Source of the DNA: Candidatus Poribacteria bacterium
Lineage (GTDB): Bacteria; Poribacteria; WGA-4E; UBA9662
NCBI GenBank assembly: GCA_046582655.1
Contig: JAYGDX010000346.1
Location: 32,001-96,000 of the forward strand
DNA length: 64,000 bases
Reading direction: 5' to 3'
Shown: in pieces, positions 52,693-62,751 of the stretch
Layout: every line of letters starts with the position of its first letter
How positions within the stretch are numbered: position 1 is the stretch's first letter
The notes under the pieces: generated by a model
Told to the model about the DNA's origin: nothing
The model's database searches: none
The model's input: only the letters and a program-made list of their open reading frames with translations
Program-made: the position numbers and the translations under genes

Positions 52693-53695
52693 AGTCGCGG
52701 TTTTACTTATTTTGATTACCACCGTCATTTTGGTTTCAACCGCCATCGTATTTTTGGTATTCCGACCGATGCAAAGTAACGCTGAACCTATTATTTTTCA
52801 GGTAAAGTTAGGTAGAAGCTCTCGTTTGATTGCTGAGGATTTAGCGCGTAAGAATCTGATTCGGACACCATTAGCTTTCAGTCTGCTAACCCGATTTACC
52901 GGTACAAGTCGGGATCTAAAGGCGGGTACTTATCGTCTTAGTGGTGCAATGAGTTCGCTTCAGATTTTCTACTGCCTCCGCGATGGAAAGACAATTATTC
53001 GAGAATTTGTTGTGTCAGAAGGTACGACGCTAAACGAAATTGCTCAAATCTACGAACAGTCGGGATTTGGATCCGCAGACCAGTTCCAGCAGGTCGCGCA
53101 AGATCCAAGTTGGCAAATTAAATATGATATAGAAAGTGACTTTTTAGAGGGTTATCTGTTTCCAGATACCTATTATTTTCGTGATGGTGTATCGGCCAAA
53201 ACTGTGGTCCAAACCATGCTGAAACGTTTAAATCAGAAGTGGACTGACGAGATGACAAAGGCTGCAGATGCTGTTGGTATGTCGCGTCACAAGATTATCA
53301 CGCTCGCTTCAATCATTGAAATGGAGGCAGCGCTTGACAAGGAGCGAACTGTCATATCTGGTGTTTTTCACAATCGGTTGCGTCTGGGTTGGAAATTGGA
53401 TGCCGATCCCACCGTTATCTATGGTTTAGGTGATCTGGGGCGGTTACTTACTAAATCTGACTTGAAAAGAGATACGCCTTATAATACGTATCTTTACCGA
53501 GGACTACCTCCGGGACCGATATGCAACCCTGGTGAGTCTTGTATCCTTGCGGCTCTTTATCCTGATAATATCCCTTATTTTTTCTTTGTGGCAATTGGCG
53601 ATGGTAGACATCATTTCTCTAAAAGCCTACAGGAGCATCAGAAAATGATCAGAAAAATTAAGCGAGAAAATCGCGAACGCGGTTTTAGGAGGTAG
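52685..53695 (+). CDS. mltG: Endolytic transglycosylase MltG
   Basis: LEGYLFPDTY, LASIIEME, DPTVIYG, PYNTY..GLPPGPICNPG. Confidence 0.95.
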   Translation: MHRVAVLLILITTVILVSTAIVFLVFRPMQSNAEPIIFQVKLGRSSRLIAEDLARKNLIRTPLAFSLLTRFTGTSRDLKAGTYRLSGAMSSLQIFYCLRDGKTIIREFVVSEGTTLNEIAQIYEQSGFGSADQFQQVAQDPSWQIKYDIESDFLEGYLFPDTYYFRDGVSAKTVVQTMLKRLNQKWTDEMTKAADAVGMSRHKIITLASIIEMEAALDKERTVISGVFHNRLRLGWKLDADPTVIYGLGDLGRLLTKSDLKRDTPYNTYLYRGLPPGPICNPGESCILAALYPDNIPYFFFVAIGDGRHHFSKSLQEHQKMIRKIKRENRERGFRR

Positions 53696-53696
53696 T

Positions 53697-54977
53697 TTGG
53701 CAAAACAAAGAACGCTAGCAAAAGAGGTTATTATTTCTGGTAAAGGGCTAATGCTTGGTCAAACTGTGACAGTTGCAATCAAACCGTCGCCCGAAAACTA
53801 CGGTATCGTTTTTCAACGAATAGACTTAGAAGGATCTTCAGCATTAAGAGCCTGTCCGGAGAACTATCAAGCTGATTTGCCACGGTGTACGAGCATTGGT
53901 CAAGGAGACACAAAAATTAATAGCGTTGAGCATTTACTGTCGGCACTTGGTGGAACAGGCGTTGATAACGCGCAAATCGATGTTGAGGGACCTGAATTAC
54001 CGTCGCTTGATGGAAGTTCGCTGCCATATGCCGAACGTATCATGGACGTGGGTATAGTTGAGCAAAATGCGGATCGGCAATTCATCAATATTCAATCGCC
54101 TATTGCGGTTGAAGACGGTGACCGACGACTTGTGCTTTTACCAGCAGATCATTTTCAAATAACTTGTGTTTATGATCACCCGCAGTTACCGACGCAAATG
54201 GCAACCTTTTTAATTACGCCAGAGACATACATTAGTGAGATCGCGCCGTCACGGAGTTTCTGCTTGGCAAGTGAGGTGGATACGCTTAGAAAATTAGGGA
54301 TTGGTCAAGGTGCTAGTTATGAAAACGTTGTCGTTGTCGAGGATGATGGAAGTGTGAGTAGCGAATTAAGGTTTGCCGATGAGTTTGTCCGACATAAAAT
54401 CTTAGATCTTATCGGTGACTTCTACTTGGCAGGTCAATTGCCAAAAGCCAATGTGATTGCAATAAAATCAGGACATGAACTTCATGCCAAACTTGTTATG
54501 TCACTTGCTGAGGCTGGGTTAGTCAATAGCTGTAGTGTCTTTCGTAGTCCGGTGGAAGCTAAGGATATTTACCAGATCCTACCGCATCGTTTTCCGATGT
54601 GTATGATCGACCGGGTTATTGAATATGAAGATGGAAAAAGAGCCGTTGGTATCAAGAACCTGTCGTTTAACGAACAGTTTTTCCAAGGACATTTCCCTCA
54701 AGAACCGGTGATGCCAGGCGTCTTACAGGTAGAGGGTCTGGCTCAGTTGGCAGCTTGGTTGATGTTACAAGAGATAGGTCAGGGGAATCAGATTGGGTAT
54801 TTTGCCTCTATTAATGAGGCCAAGTTTCGGAAACCGGTGGTGCCTGGCGACCAGTTGCGACTGGAAGTTGAAGTTATACGTAAACGCCGTTCCTTTGTAC
54901 GAGTTGTTGGAAAAACTCTTGTTGGATCTGAGGTGGCGAGCGAAGGTGATATCTCGATTATGCTTGGAAGTAATTAG
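53697..54977 (+). CDS. lpxC/fabZ: Bifunctional LpxC (UDP-3-O-acyl-GlcNAc deacetylase) / FabZ (3-hydroxyacyl-ACP dehydratase)
   Basis: QRTL, VEHLLSAL, HKILDLIGD and SGH, followed by LPHRFP..GHFP..PVMPGVL. Confidence 0.95.
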   Translation: MAKQRTLAKEVIISGKGLMLGQTVTVAIKPSPENYGIVFQRIDLEGSSALRACPENYQADLPRCTSIGQGDTKINSVEHLLSALGGTGVDNAQIDVEGPELPSLDGSSLPYAERIMDVGIVEQNADRQFINIQSPIAVEDGDRRLVLLPADHFQITCVYDHPQLPTQMATFLITPETYISEIAPSRSFCLASEVDTLRKLGIGQGASYENVVVVEDDGSVSSELRFADEFVRHKILDLIGDFYLAGQLPKANVIAIKSGHELHAKLVMSLAEAGLVNSCSVFRSPVEAKDIYQILPHRFPMCMIDRVIEYEDGKRAVGIKNLSFNEQFFQGHFPQEPVMPGVLQVEGLAQLAAWLMLQEIGQGNQIGYFASINEAKFRKPVVPGDQLRLEVEVIRKRRSFVRVVGKTLVGSEVASEGDISIMLGSN

Positions 54978-54996
54978 GCATAGTTTTTGGAGTGGA

Positions 54997-55980
54997 ATGT
55001 TGGGGGGGAAAATTAGAATCGGAATCGTTGGGTCCGGCGGGATGGCTGGAAATCATGCGAAAAATTTCGCCCATGATGATGTTGGTGAGCTAGTTGCTAT
55101 TGCCTCACGAAACACGGGAACTGGCCTTGACTTGGCACAGAAATGTAACGCTAGATTCGTACCAAATTGGCAAGAAATGGTTCAGCAGGAGGATCTAGAT
55201 GGAATTGTTGTTTGTACCGCAAACGACAGTCACGGTGAAATCGTTATAGCATCACTTGAACATGACAAACATGTTTTCACCGAATATCCGCTGGCACGTT
55301 CACTTGAAGAAGGGAAAATCGCAGCTGCAATTGCTATTTCAAAACAGAAGGTTTTGCGTGTTTCGCATAGTGAACCGGTGTTGGAAACACACCAAGCTAT
55401 TCGGCAGGAGATAGAACATTTAGGCCAGCTGTTGGTTGCTAGTTTCCTGAGACTCACGCCTGGGCGTGGTGGGCGTCCAGAAGTTTTATTTAACCTACGG
55501 GTCTCCGGGCCGCCGGCCCACTTTTTTATTTATCATATTTATCCTGTTGTTGACCTTTTCGGTCAGGCCAAGTGGGTAGAGGCAAACGCAATCTACAACG
55601 ATTTAACCGATTCAGAGGGTTACGATCAGTTTGTCAACACCGTCACTGTCGGCTTCAAAGATGGTGGAATCGGTCATTGGACCTGGGCAGGGGGAATCGA
55701 AATTCAATCAGCAGAACAACATCATCGTTATGTCTTGGATGGTGGAACGCTGGTTAATAGTGGTGAAGGCTGGCAGGTTTCAACTAGATCAGGAATAGAA
55801 TCAATTACCCCAATCTCAGTTCAACACTCATCGGTTGTGGATCTTTGGCTCAGCGAAGTCTTAGACAATAATTTGGCCGCTGCGCAGATTGATACAGCCA
55901 AAGCACTTGATGCGATTCATATAAGCTTGCTTGCTGAAAAAGCTATGCAGAAAAACAGGCGGGTACCCATCCTCTTTTAA
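54997..55980 (+). CDS. Gfo/Idh/MocA family oxidoreductase
   Basis: IRIGIVGSGGMA, KHVFTEYPLA; likely start is the ATG at 54997 after GGAG. Confidence 0.85.
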   Translation: MLGGKIRIGIVGSGGMAGNHAKNFAHDDVGELVAIASRNTGTGLDLAQKCNARFVPNWQEMVQQEDLDGIVVCTANDSHGEIVIASLEHDKHVFTEYPLARSLEEGKIAAAIAISKQKVLRVSHSEPVLETHQAIRQEIEHLGQLLVASFLRLTPGRGGRPEVLFNLRVSGPPAHFFIYHIYPVVDLFGQAKWVEANAIYNDLTDSEGYDQFVNTVTVGFKDGGIGHWTWAGGIEIQSAEQHHRYVLDGGTLVNSGEGWQVSTRSGIESITPISVQHSSVVDLWLSEVLDNNLAAAQIDTAKALDAIHISLLAEKAMQKNRRVPILF

Positions 55981-55988
55981 CCGGTGTA

Positions 55989-56924
55989 TTAGTTATTGCC
56001 TAGTAAAGCCAGATAACTTTCGTAACGAAAAGCGGCGATCTCGCCATGTTTTACCGCTTCGATTATGGCACAACTTGGTTCACGAAGGTGTAGACAGTCG
56101 CTAAATTTACAGGCGCCTATCCGACTTTCTATCTCCGGAAAGTAGCGATCTATATAATCTGGGTTAACTCCCCATAGTCCGACTTCACGCACCCCGGGCG
56201 TATCTGCCACCTCCCCTCCAATCTCAAGGCCGAAAAGTTCAACCAGCGTGGTGGTATGTCGCCCTTTTTTTGCTTTAGATCTGACTTCATTTGTCCGTAA
56301 TCCTAGACCGGGCTGGACCGCATTAAGCAAACTCGACTTCCCGACTCCGGAGGAGCCAACAATGACACTAAACTGTCCTTTTAAAACTGAGCGTAGTAGA
56401 TCTATGCTTTCTGGATGGTGAATACTGGTTGAAATTAATTGATATCCCAGATCTTCGTAAGCTTGAAAGATCTCGGAGAATTTTCTCTGTTCAGATTCAT
56501 TTAGCAGATCAATTTTATTAATGCAGATAACGGGATCTATGTTTCCCGCTTCAGCAAGGATCAGAAAACGATCTATGAATCGGCAGTTGAGATCAGGTGA
56601 GTGTATCGAACCAACGATTACTGCTTGATCAGCATTAGCCACGATAATCTGTTCGATCTCGCGATTTCGGTTTGGAACCCGACGTGAAAGTTTGGTTCGG
56701 CGCGGTAAAAGATCTTCTATTGATCCTTCTTCATCATCAATTGGCGTAATAATTACCCTGTCTCCAACCGCAATCGGATCAGCATAAATCTGTTTGCCAA
56801 TCTCTGAGCGGAGTTTCTTTTTGACAACCCCACGAAGTTGACACCTAAGAACATTATCACCAATTTCGACATCATAAAAACTTGTTCTGGCTGAGATGAC
56901 TCTCCCTTCAATTTTATTTCGCAT
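55989..56924 (-). CDS. rsgA: Ribosome small subunit-dependent GTPase A
   Basis: NKID, GSSGVGKSS, GRHTTT, DTPG, CKFSDCLH..EPSC. Confidence 0.97.
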   Translation of the reverse strand: MRNKIEGRVISARTSFYDVEIGDNVLRCQLRGVVKKKLRSEIGKQIYADPIAVGDRVIITPIDDEEGSIEDLLPRRTKLSRRVPNRNREIEQIIVANADQAVIVGSIHSPDLNCRFIDRFLILAEAGNIDPVICINKIDLLNESEQRKFSEIFQAYEDLGYQLISTSIHHPESIDLLRSVLKGQFSVIVGSSGVGKSSLLNAVQPGLGLRTNEVRSKAKKGRHTTTLVELFGLEIGGEVADTPGVREVGLWGVNPDYIDRYFPEIESRIGACKFSDCLHLREPSCAIIEAVKHGEIAAFRYESYLALLGNN

Positions 56925-56957
56925 AATATTAAAAAGGCTACTTTAAGCGTGACTTTT

Positions 56958-57761
56958 TTATTTTCCAAACCTCCTTTTTCTATTGCTATAATCGCGGATT
57001 GCCCGCAGAAAATCAATTTTTCGTAGTGCCGGCCAATGTGTTTCGCAAAAGTAAAATTCTGAATAGACGCTCTGCCATAGCAGAAACCCACCTAGGCGAA
57101 TTTCACCACTTGTGCGGATGATTAAATCTGGATCTGGTAATTGGGATGTATAAAGATGTGGTGATATCAGATCAGTTTTTAGTTCGTCCGCAATTTGATA
57201 AATATCTTTTTTGCTTTCTGCTTCTTTATAAAGATGTTGCTGGATAGCGTCTATAATTTCTTCGCGTCCGCCATATGCAACGGCAATATTCAGGATGAAT
57301 CGATCATAATGCTTGGTTGCTTCTTCCGCGTCATGGATCGCATCTTGAAGGCTAAGCGGTAATAAATTTATTCGTCCCATCGACCGAATTTTAATCTGGT
57401 TTTTGTGTACCTTATGATCATCAGTCATCTCACGCATTTTCTTCTCTATCAGGGTTAGTATATCCATAACTTCTGACTGTTCACGCTTAAAATTATCAAG
57501 TGAAAAGACCCAAATAGTTACAATCTTAATTCCAAATTCATCGCACCAGTCCAAAACTTCTTCCAGTTTATTTGCGCCATCATAATGTCCTTTGACAATG
57601 TCTGTGAACCCTTGTCTTTTTGCATATCGGCGGTTTCCGTCAAGAATGATCCCTATATGATAGGGAGTCTGCCAATTTTCAGATTGAGTTTCAAGCCTTT
57701 TCTGATAAACAGAGTAGACGAACTTCTTCAGAACCCTTTTTAATTTCTCTCGTAAAGTCAC
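56958..57761 (-). CDS. uppS: Cis-prenyltransferase (undecaprenyl diphosphate synthase family)
   Basis: HIGIILDGNRR, FSLDNFKR, YGGR, RTSGEIRLGGFLLWQ, RRFG. Confidence 0.9.
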   Translation of the reverse strand: MTLREKLKRVLKKFVYSVYQKRLETQSENWQTPYHIGIILDGNRRYAKRQGFTDIVKGHYDGANKLEEVLDWCDEFGIKIVTIWVFSLDNFKREQSEVMDILTLIEKKMREMTDDHKVHKNQIKIRSMGRINLLPLSLQDAIHDAEEATKHYDRFILNIAVAYGGREEIIDAIQQHLYKEAESKKDIYQIADELKTDLISPHLYTSQLPDPDLIIRTSGEIRLGGFLLWQSVYSEFYFCETHWPALRKIDFLRAIRDYSNRKRRFGK

Positions 57762-57799
57762 TTAACCTGTCATTGTCCATAGGATCCAATATATATTGC

Positions 57800-57808
57800 A
57801 TTATAGCA
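57800..57808 (-). promoter_or_regulatory. Extended -10 promoter for uppS-rsgA
   Basis: TGCTATAAT on the minus strand about 40 nt upstream of uppS. Confidence 0.5.
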
Positions 57809-57856
57809 TACCAATCCAGTTTGTATAAAGAGAAAAACCATATCCTGGTTGATTAA

Positions 57857-57885
57857 TTGATCCGCATTTTTGATCATGTTATACT
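57857..57885 (+). promoter_or_regulatory. Putative sigma70 promoter
   Basis: TTGATC-N17-TATACT with an extended TG. Confidence 0.5.
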
Positions 57886-57892
57886 CTACATG

Positions 57893-59833
57893 ATGATAGG
57901 GGAAGTAAAGAAGTCTAATGATTCCATACAAGGGGTAACAGCTAAGTCTATCATCATTGCAATTCTTCTGATCCCAGTTAATTGTTACTGGATAATTGAG
58001 ATGGAAGTCATACGTTACTCCGGTCATCCGGTAACGATTTCACTTTTCTTCAATGTTGTCTTTTGTTTATTTCTACTAGTTGGTATCAATCAGATCCTGA
58101 AGCGTTTTTGGCCTGAGCATCAGTTAGATCAAGCTGAATTGGTCGTTATATATCTGATGCTTTCAATTGCATCGGGGATATCAGGCCACGATATGCTTGA
58201 AATTTTGGTGCCGATGCTTGGTCATGCCTTTAGATTCGCTACTGCTGAAAACGAATGGCGGGAGTTAATCATACCGTTTTTGCCAAGTTGGTTGACAGTC
58301 AGTGATCCGAAGCTTCTTCAGGGGTATTATGAAGGTGAAATTAGTCTTTACAATGTCAATCATCTCATAGGTTGGGCTGAGCCAGTATTATGGTGGTCGA
58401 CTTTTATTTTCTTTCTCCTGTTCGGCATGCTGTGCATCAATGTCATCTTACGTAAACGGTGGATTGAACAGGAGAAGTTAAGTTATCCGATTATCCAGCT
58501 CCCGCTTGAAATGACTGAGACACAGCATCTAAGATTCTTTCAGAATCGTGCTATGTGGATTGGTTTCTCGATAGCTGGTGGTCTTGCATTGGTAAACGGA
58601 CTTAATTTTATTTATCCTGTTGTACCGGAGTTACGGACGCGGATCCAGAGTTTCCGACTGTTCACAGAACCTCCATGGGACGCCATGGGCGGGATTCCCA
58701 TATCAGCGTATCCTTTTGCTATTGGGCTAGGTTTTTTTATACCGCTAGATTTATCTTTTTCCTGTTGGTTTTTCTTCTGGTTCTGGCGGATGATGCGTGT
58801 CCTCGGGTCGGCACTGGGATTACAGGCGCTACCGAGATTTCCATATACCAATGAACAGGCGTCCGGAGGGTATATTGCTCTTTGTGTTATTGCTATTTGG
58901 GCGAGCCGAGCTCATCTCGTTAACGTGTTAAAGGTTACATTAAAAGATGATGATATGGCCATAGACCAAGAAGAGCCAATTCGTTATCGAACAGCTGTTC
59001 TGGGTTTAGTTGCTGTCTTTGTGTTTATGGTCTTTTTCTGTTATCAAGGTGGCGGTACGATTTGGATTACTCTTATATTTTTTGCCTTTTACTATGCCAT
59101 CTCAATAGCAATTACGCGTATGCGTGCCGAATTGGGTACGCCTGTTCATGATCTGCATTACTCTGGGCCAGACCAAATTCTGACCAAGTCGATTGGTACC
59201 CGAAACCTTGGACGCGGTAATCTGGCTATGTTTTCGATGTTTTGGTTTATCAACCGTGCTTATCGAAGTCACCCGATGCCGCACCAACTTGAAGGTTTTA
59301 AGATTGCTGAGCGCACCCGAATGAATCTTCGCCGAATGGTGTTGGCGCTGATGATTGCGGCAGTGGTAGGAGCCTTGTCTGGTTTCTGGGCATTGATAGA
59401 TCGTGGGTACTGGATTGGCATGGAGGTGCGAGCATACTGGCCTTCACTTAGTGCTTTTGGTATCGAACCCTATCGACGCCTTGACGGATGGTTGAGTGCT
59501 CCCACCGATACCTTGGTTCCTGATACTTCATTCATGGTACTGGGATTTTTTGTTACCACGGTGTTGATGGCTTGCCGTATGAAGTTCGTATGGTGGCCAT
59601 TTCATCCGGCAGGGTTTGCGATTTCCACCAGTTGGGGAATGAATGTTACGTGGAGTTGCCTTTTCCTGAGTTGGTTGATTAAATGGATTGTACTGAAGCA
59701 TGGCGGGATTGGTGTGCATCGTAAAGCGGCACCATTCTTTTTGGGGTTGATTCTTGGTGAATTTACTGTTGGCAGTTTGTGGACGATTTTTGGTATTCTT
59801 GCCAAAATTCCAACTTATGGTTTCTGGGTTTAA
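57893..59833 (+). CDS. Polytopic membrane protein, DUF6785/DUF6784-type (putative transporter)
   Basis: GHDMLE, ATAENEW, EKLSYPIIQLP, TRMRAELG, NRAYRSHPMPHQLEGFK, WWPFHPAG; start is probably ATG 57890 or 57893. Confidence 0.8.
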   Translation: MIGEVKKSNDSIQGVTAKSIIIAILLIPVNCYWIIEMEVIRYSGHPVTISLFFNVVFCLFLLVGINQILKRFWPEHQLDQAELVVIYLMLSIASGISGHDMLEILVPMLGHAFRFATAENEWRELIIPFLPSWLTVSDPKLLQGYYEGEISLYNVNHLIGWAEPVLWWSTFIFFLLFGMLCINVILRKRWIEQEKLSYPIIQLPLEMTETQHLRFFQNRAMWIGFSIAGGLALVNGLNFIYPVVPELRTRIQSFRLFTEPPWDAMGGIPISAYPFAIGLGFFIPLDLSFSCWFFFWFWRMMRVLGSALGLQALPRFPYTNEQASGGYIALCVIAIWASRAHLVNVLKVTLKDDDMAIDQEEPIRYRTAVLGLVAVFVFMVFFCYQGGGTIWITLIFFAFYYAISIAITRMRAELGTPVHDLHYSGPDQILTKSIGTRNLGRGNLAMFSMFWFINRAYRSHPMPHQLEGFKIAERTRMNLRRMVLALMIAAVVGALSGFWALIDRGYWIGMEVRAYWPSLSAFGIEPYRRLDGWLSAPTDTLVPDTSFMVLGFFVTTVLMACRMKFVWWPFHPAGFAISTSWGMNVTWSCLFLSWLIKWIVLKHGGIGVHRKAAPFFLGLILGEFTVGSLWTIFGILAKIPTYGFWV

Positions 59834-59863
59834 ATGTTGTTTGTGTTATGGAAAGGAAGGGGC

Positions 59864-60640
59864 TTGATTCTCGACAAGATTGTTAAACATAAGATGGAAG
59901 AGTTGGAACATGCTCGGAGACACGTTCCGTTACAGGAACTGAAAGCACAGGTTGATCATCTGGCACCGACGCGTGATTTTCGCTCTGCGATCAGTACACC
60001 AGATCAAATAAACTTAATTGCCGAGATTAAAAAAAAATCACCCAGCAAAGGGATTATTCGCCAAGATTTTGATTACATCCGGATTGCTAAAATATATTCG
60101 GAGCATGGTGCCTCGGCAATATCCGTTTTGACAGATAGCCGATTTTTCGCTGGCCAACTCAACTACCTCTCCGAGATTCACGCGATGGTTGCTCTACCGC
60201 TTCTGCGTAAGGATTTCACCATAGATCCTTACCAGGTGTATGAGGCGCGCGCTGCCGGGGCAGATGCGATTTTACTTATCGTCGCAATTTTATCTTTTAA
60301 CCAGGTCAGGGAGTTTATGAAAATTGCGGAAAGTTTAGATCTTGCGTGTTTAGTTGAAGTGCATACAACGGAAGAATTAGATATCGCACTTCAGGCGGAT
60401 GCGGAAATTATCGGCATCAACAACAGAAATTTGAAGGTGTTTAAAACGGATTTGTCCACAACTTTTCGTCTCACTCAACAGATTCCCCAAGGTAAAATTG
60501 TCATAAGTGAAAGTGGCATCAATTCTAGGGACGATGTCATCAAGTTGCGCCAAGCAGGTGTTAATGCTATTCTCGTCGGTGAATCGCTGATGCGAAGTCC
60601 TGATATTGGCTTAAAGGTAAATGAACTTCTAGAACCATAA
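59864..60640 (+). CDS. trpC: Indole-3-glycerol phosphate synthase
   Basis: IAEIKKKSPSKG, SVLTD, LRKDF, GINNRNL, SESGI; likely TTG start (MILDKIV). Confidence 0.97.
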   Translation: MILDKIVKHKMEELEHARRHVPLQELKAQVDHLAPTRDFRSAISTPDQINLIAEIKKKSPSKGIIRQDFDYIRIAKIYSEHGASAISVLTDSRFFAGQLNYLSEIHAMVALPLLRKDFTIDPYQVYEARAAGADAILLIVAILSFNQVREFMKIAESLDLACLVEVHTTEELDIALQADAEIIGINNRNLKVFKTDLSTTFRLTQQIPQGKIVISESGINSRDDVIKLRQAGVNAILVGESLMRSPDIGLKVNELLEP

Positions 60641-62427
60641 TGAACAGGATATGGGATAGTTTTTGGATAGTTTTTTCTATATTCTTCCCGCTTGGAGTGG
60701 GTATTCCCGGTTTTACCGCAATTGATATTGAATCGTTGGAACTCGGTTATGATCAACTGTACAAACGTAATCGCTGGGTTTCTGCTCGAGTTCTGGTTAC
60801 AAGCCACGGCGAGGATTTTGAAGGGCATGTTAAAGTGGAAGTTAATGACATCTCTTCTGAGACGTTAATTGGAAGCTATTTTATCCCGCTTAAACTGCAG
60901 TATACAGATCGACAGCGACGAATAATACCTATTCTCCTTCCCAGCGCTCGATCTAGCCTGAAACTGCAACTGATTAACCTTCAAAATCACGTGCGGCTCT
61001 CTCGGCAGGTAGTGACTAAAATCCCGCGGCGGCTATCAGATCTCTTTGTACTAGTCGTTTCGTCCAATCGTGATGGGTTACACCGTCTTCACAAGCAACC
61101 AATAGACCAAGAACCTGCCGGTAATATATTTATCGGATATACGGTTCCTAGCGATTTGCCGACTAATTGGAAAGGCTATGATTCGATTGATACATTGGTT
61201 GTCAGAAACATTCCGTTGTCTGATCAGTATCTTCTCAAAGATCAACAAACCGCCATGCTCGATTGGGTTCAAAATGGTGGAGTTCTGATTTTGTCAGGTG
61301 GGAGAGATTTTTACAGAATAAAAGAAAGTTTTTTGCGTTCATATTTGCCAGTTAGCCTGTCGAGCCTGCAAACAGAAAATAAAATACCGGAATCTATTGC
61401 CCAGCATTTTGATGTTTCATCGGTGATCCCGTTTGACAAGATCAATTTTGTGTTAAGGCCATGCGGAGAAGTTTTGATTGGTAGCGCAGGTTCGATCCAT
61501 GTAGCGAAGTCCATGTTTGGTAGCGGAGCCATAATTAACCTGTCTTTTGATTACGCATCACCACCATTTTCTGATGTAGCGTTTACCAATCAGTTTTGGT
61601 CATTTATGATTGCGGGTCAAGGTAGGTCAGCACGACATGATGAATACAGGTTCGATCCATTTCGAAAGCATAGCGAAAAGATTTTAAAACAACTCCGAAC
61701 ACTGAAGCCAAAAGATCTTCCTTTAATCAAGTTCATCATTTTTTTCTTATTGATGTATTTGTTGGTGTTAGGAGGTATTACTTTCTTGGGAAGGAATTAT
61801 AAGGCTCAAATTTTTTGGCTGACTAGTTTGATTATGCCGCTTCTATTTTCAAGCGCGGTAATTTTTTGGGACGTTTTTGTTCCCTCTGTGGTTTCTGTTC
61901 GTCAATTGTCGGTTTTATCCGTCTTTCCGGACAGAGGTCGAGCATATTTGCAAAGCTATATTGGTTTGATTGGTTCTGCAAATGTACAGGTGCCAGTTGA
62001 TTTTGGAAAAAATGCTTTTGTTCAGCTATTAACGGGCACGGCATCATCACCGGTTAAATTGCTTTGGTCGAACACCTCTCGGCTGAATTCAATAAACGCT
62101 AGTCCATGGTTTGTGCGTTCGTATTTAATTGAAAGTTTCATTGACTTGCAACTTGCAGATCTGCCGAAACTGGAAAACGAATTCAATGCAGGTCAAATGA
62201 AGCAATTTGCCAAGCGCACTGTTGGTATCAGAAGAGAATTTGTGAAGATTATCAGCAGTGAAGGGGCGTTAAGATACTTGGAAAAAGGGAATATGGTCAA
62301 ACAAATAGGATGGACGAAGCAATCCTTTTTACCGATTTCATCCAACGTGAGAACAAAGGTGTCTGCGGAAACATTGGTTCTTATTTATGATACTGATTCA
62401 TGTATATTGACAAGCACAAGGGATTAA
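60640..62427 (+). CDS. Hypothetical membrane protein with an extracytoplasmic class-I-GATase-like domain and two TM helices
   Basis: Signal-like N-terminus, LPTNWKGYDSID..LDWVQNGGVLILSGG, TM pair near residues 360-410. Confidence 0.6.
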   Translation: MNRIWDSFWIVFSIFFPLGVGIPGFTAIDIESLELGYDQLYKRNRWVSARVLVTSHGEDFEGHVKVEVNDISSETLIGSYFIPLKLQYTDRQRRIIPILLPSARSSLKLQLINLQNHVRLSRQVVTKIPRRLSDLFVLVVSSNRDGLHRLHKQPIDQEPAGNIFIGYTVPSDLPTNWKGYDSIDTLVVRNIPLSDQYLLKDQQTAMLDWVQNGGVLILSGGRDFYRIKESFLRSYLPVSLSSLQTENKIPESIAQHFDVSSVIPFDKINFVLRPCGEVLIGSAGSIHVAKSMFGSGAIINLSFDYASPPFSDVAFTNQFWSFMIAGQGRSARHDEYRFDPFRKHSEKILKQLRTLKPKDLPLIKFIIFFLLMYLLVLGGITFLGRNYKAQIFWLTSLIMPLLFSSAVIFWDVFVPSVVSVRQLSVLSVFPDRGRAYLQSYIGLIGSANVQVPVDFGKNAFVQLLTGTASSPVKLLWSNTSRLNSINASPWFVRSYLIESFIDLQLADLPKLENEFNAGQMKQFAKRTVGIRREFVKIISSEGALRYLEKGNMVKQIGWTKQSFLPISSNVRTKVSAETLVLIYDTDSCILTSTRD

Positions 62428-62691
62428 GCCACACTTAGGGCAGCCGCTTGCGTACATTTCAACTGTCTTATCAAGGTCTATATCCAATAGGCTAGCTAGT
62501 GTTGAAAGCCAGGCAAAAACATTGGCGAACTCCTCGAACAGCCGTTCTTTATTACGTGGTTCGTGCCGAATTTCCCTGGCAAGTTCACCTACCTCTTCTG
62601 TAAACCAGACAAAATTACGGTCAACTCCACGCTGAGAATCTCGATCCAAATATATATTCTCAATCAACTGCTGAAATTCGCTGATTTTCAT
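62398..62691 (-). CDS. MazG-like nucleotide pyrophosphohydrolase
   Basis: WFTEEVGELA..EEFANV..GCPKC..PCAC; likely start at 62691. Confidence 0.85.
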   Translation of the reverse strand: MKISEFQQLIENIYLDRDSQRGVDRNFVWFTEEVGELAREIRHEPRNKERLFEEFANVFAWLSTLASLLDIDLDKTVEMYASGCPKCGLIPCACQYT

Positions 62692-62751
62692 TGCTGATCC
62701 TAATTCTTGCAATGTTTGCATTTGTACAGAAAACCTGATTTTAAAGTGCCA

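Noticed and set aside
55002..55008. G7 tract at the 5' end of the Gfo/Idh/MocA gene as a phase-variation site
   Set aside because: The tract is short, the gene is in frame and it encodes a cytoplasmic enzyme; nothing else supports switching.
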